The position numbers and the translations under genes are program-made. From a virus (lineage: Duplodnaviria; Caudoviricetes), in the IMG/VR virus record IMGVR_UViG_3300031965_000097, positions 1 through 35,560 of that record: a stretch of 35,560 nt of DNA; one strand, 5' to 3'. The notes under the pieces are model-generated. The model was given only the letters and a program-made list of their open reading frames with translations. It searched no databases and had not been told where the DNA came from. Position 1 is the first letter of the stretch, and every line of letters starts with the position of its first letter. Below are positions 34,329 to 35,560 of the stretch, one piece after another.

Positions 34329-35551
34329 ACATCAGTTTGTCGCGTTTTTCCGATGCGCACTTGGATCAAGGTCCTTGGAATACATGTATGCAGAACGGTA
34401 TTGTTGAAGCGCTCGATTTACAAATGCGCCAATCTGGACAGGAAGTGACTCAACGGTCTCGACTGCAAAATTACACCGACACAAGCATAGCGCAAAATAC
34501 ATTTGGCACAGATTACGGCTCAGTACCTTACGTCGCCTTGGATCAAGCAAAAATGAAAGGCTTGGCTAGCGAATCGTCGTGGGAATATTCTGCCGAAAAC
34601 TTGCACCTAGTTCCACCTTCGTCTGTTTATGCTGAAGCTGCCAATTATAAAATCACTTCCTATTCGGTTATTAACAATGAATACAGCTACACCAGCATAG
34701 CTCATACTATTCGCGGATGGTTAGCAGAAGGTAAGCCGGCCATTCTTGGATTCCGTGCAGGTAGTGCATTTTACGGGCAATCAGGTCCTCTGAATAGTCA
34801 GGTCAACCAATGGGACGGAGCCGAGTCCGGCACAGGGCACGCTGTACTGGTGGAACGCATGGACGATGGTTTAAACGGGGGTTCCTATGTCGTTAAAAAC
34901 TCTTGGGCTAATTGGGGTGATAACGGGTACGGCACAATTAAATATTCACAGTTCATTGTGCAGAATAACGACTTTATAGGCGCCTACGCAATCAATGGTT
35001 TTGCTAGCGTTGATTGGACGTTTACTGCTCAGCGTACCAATGTGGCGGAACTCTACGTGGCGTTGTTAGATCGTCCACCAGATCACTCAGGTCAAGATTA
35101 TTGGGCAGGGATTCTCAGCAGCGAATGCAGTGATGCCGATCTTGCTAACTATCTGTTATCCTGCGAAGAAGAGCAAATTGAATTCCCACCGTCGTCTACC
35201 AATGCATATTTTGTCGATAAAATATATGCTGATGCGTTAGGGCGTGAGGCTGACAACGAAGGTTTGGATTATTGGGTCGGTCTGCTTAACGACGGCATGA
35301 GCCGGGGTGCAGTAGTTGACGCAATTATCGATTGCACAAGACAGTACGTGAATGGTGCAAATCAGCAGCACGACGCTCTGGCTATTTATTCCAGGGATTT
35401 ATTCAACAATAAATTAAACATAGCTATGTATTTTGGCGTCGCTTTACAGAGTGACGATCTAGATGCAGCCAGGGGTGCGTTTGACAACGTAACAAACGAT
35501 GCAAATTCTGTCGAAATTGCAAAAATCGGCTTATACGATTACTACATTTAA
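34325..35551 (+). CDS. Papain-like (C1) cysteine peptidase fused to DUF4214-like repeats
   Basis: DQG...C, GHAV, KNSW..WG..GY catalytic motifs; LY..LL.R.PD..G..YW and FV..IY...LGR..D..GL.YW; GTGA overlap start. Confidence 0.85.
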   Translation: MNISLSRFSDAHLDQGPWNTCMQNGIVEALDLQMRQSGQEVTQRSRLQNYTDTSIAQNTFGTDYGSVPYVALDQAKMKGLASESSWEYSAENLHLVPPSSVYAEAANYKITSYSVINNEYSYTSIAHTIRGWLAEGKPAILGFRAGSAFYGQSGPLNSQVNQWDGAESGTGHAVLVERMDDGLNGGSYVVKNSWANWGDNGYGTIKYSQFIVQNNDFIGAYAINGFASVDWTFTAQRTNVAELYVALLDRPPDHSGQDYWAGILSSECSDADLANYLLSCEEEQIEFPPSSTNAYFVDKIYADALGREADNEGLDYWVGLLNDGMSRGAVVDAIIDCTRQYVNGANQQHDALAIYSRDLFNNKLNIAMYFGVALQSDDLDAARGAFDNVTNDANSVEIAKIGLYDYYI

Positions 35552-35560
35552 AAAAAAAAT

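Noticed and set aside
1-35560. tRNA, integrase, lysis cassette, dpdA/que genes
   Set aside because: None recognisable in this window; they may lie in the unseen part of the genome.

Overview
Part of a tailed dsDNA phage genome (siphovirus-type). From 1 to ~7.8 kb there is a leftward block of small early genes. After a divergence point at ~8.1-8.5 kb comes a rightward block: thyA, MazG-like, kinase-like, VRR-NUC, terminase, portal, scaffold, capsid, neck, tail tube, frameshifted chaperone, a 2037-aa tape measure, tail proteins, and a papain-like peptidase with DUF4214-like repeats. DUF4214-like repeats and two small 'P-P-x-x-E-x-x-R-x-L-G-W' proteins suggest an Oxalobacteraceae-like host (inference). 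The main signal is a ~1.4 kb island (6738-8137) at the head of the early operon that, by manual scan, has no GA, a single TC and no GGC/GCC. GA and GGC are the contexts reported for DpdA 7-deazaguanine modification in phage CAjan. The island's genes encode proteins with no Asp/Glu and use GA-free SD sites. Shorter GA/TC-free tracts occur at probable cis sites, one with a perfect G-quadruplex motif. The early transcript also carries two type I hammerhead ribozymes and a repeated, covarying hairpin element with a fixed GUGACAG loop. No dpdA/que genes are visible in this window, so the modification link is inferred. All counts and alignments were done by eye.
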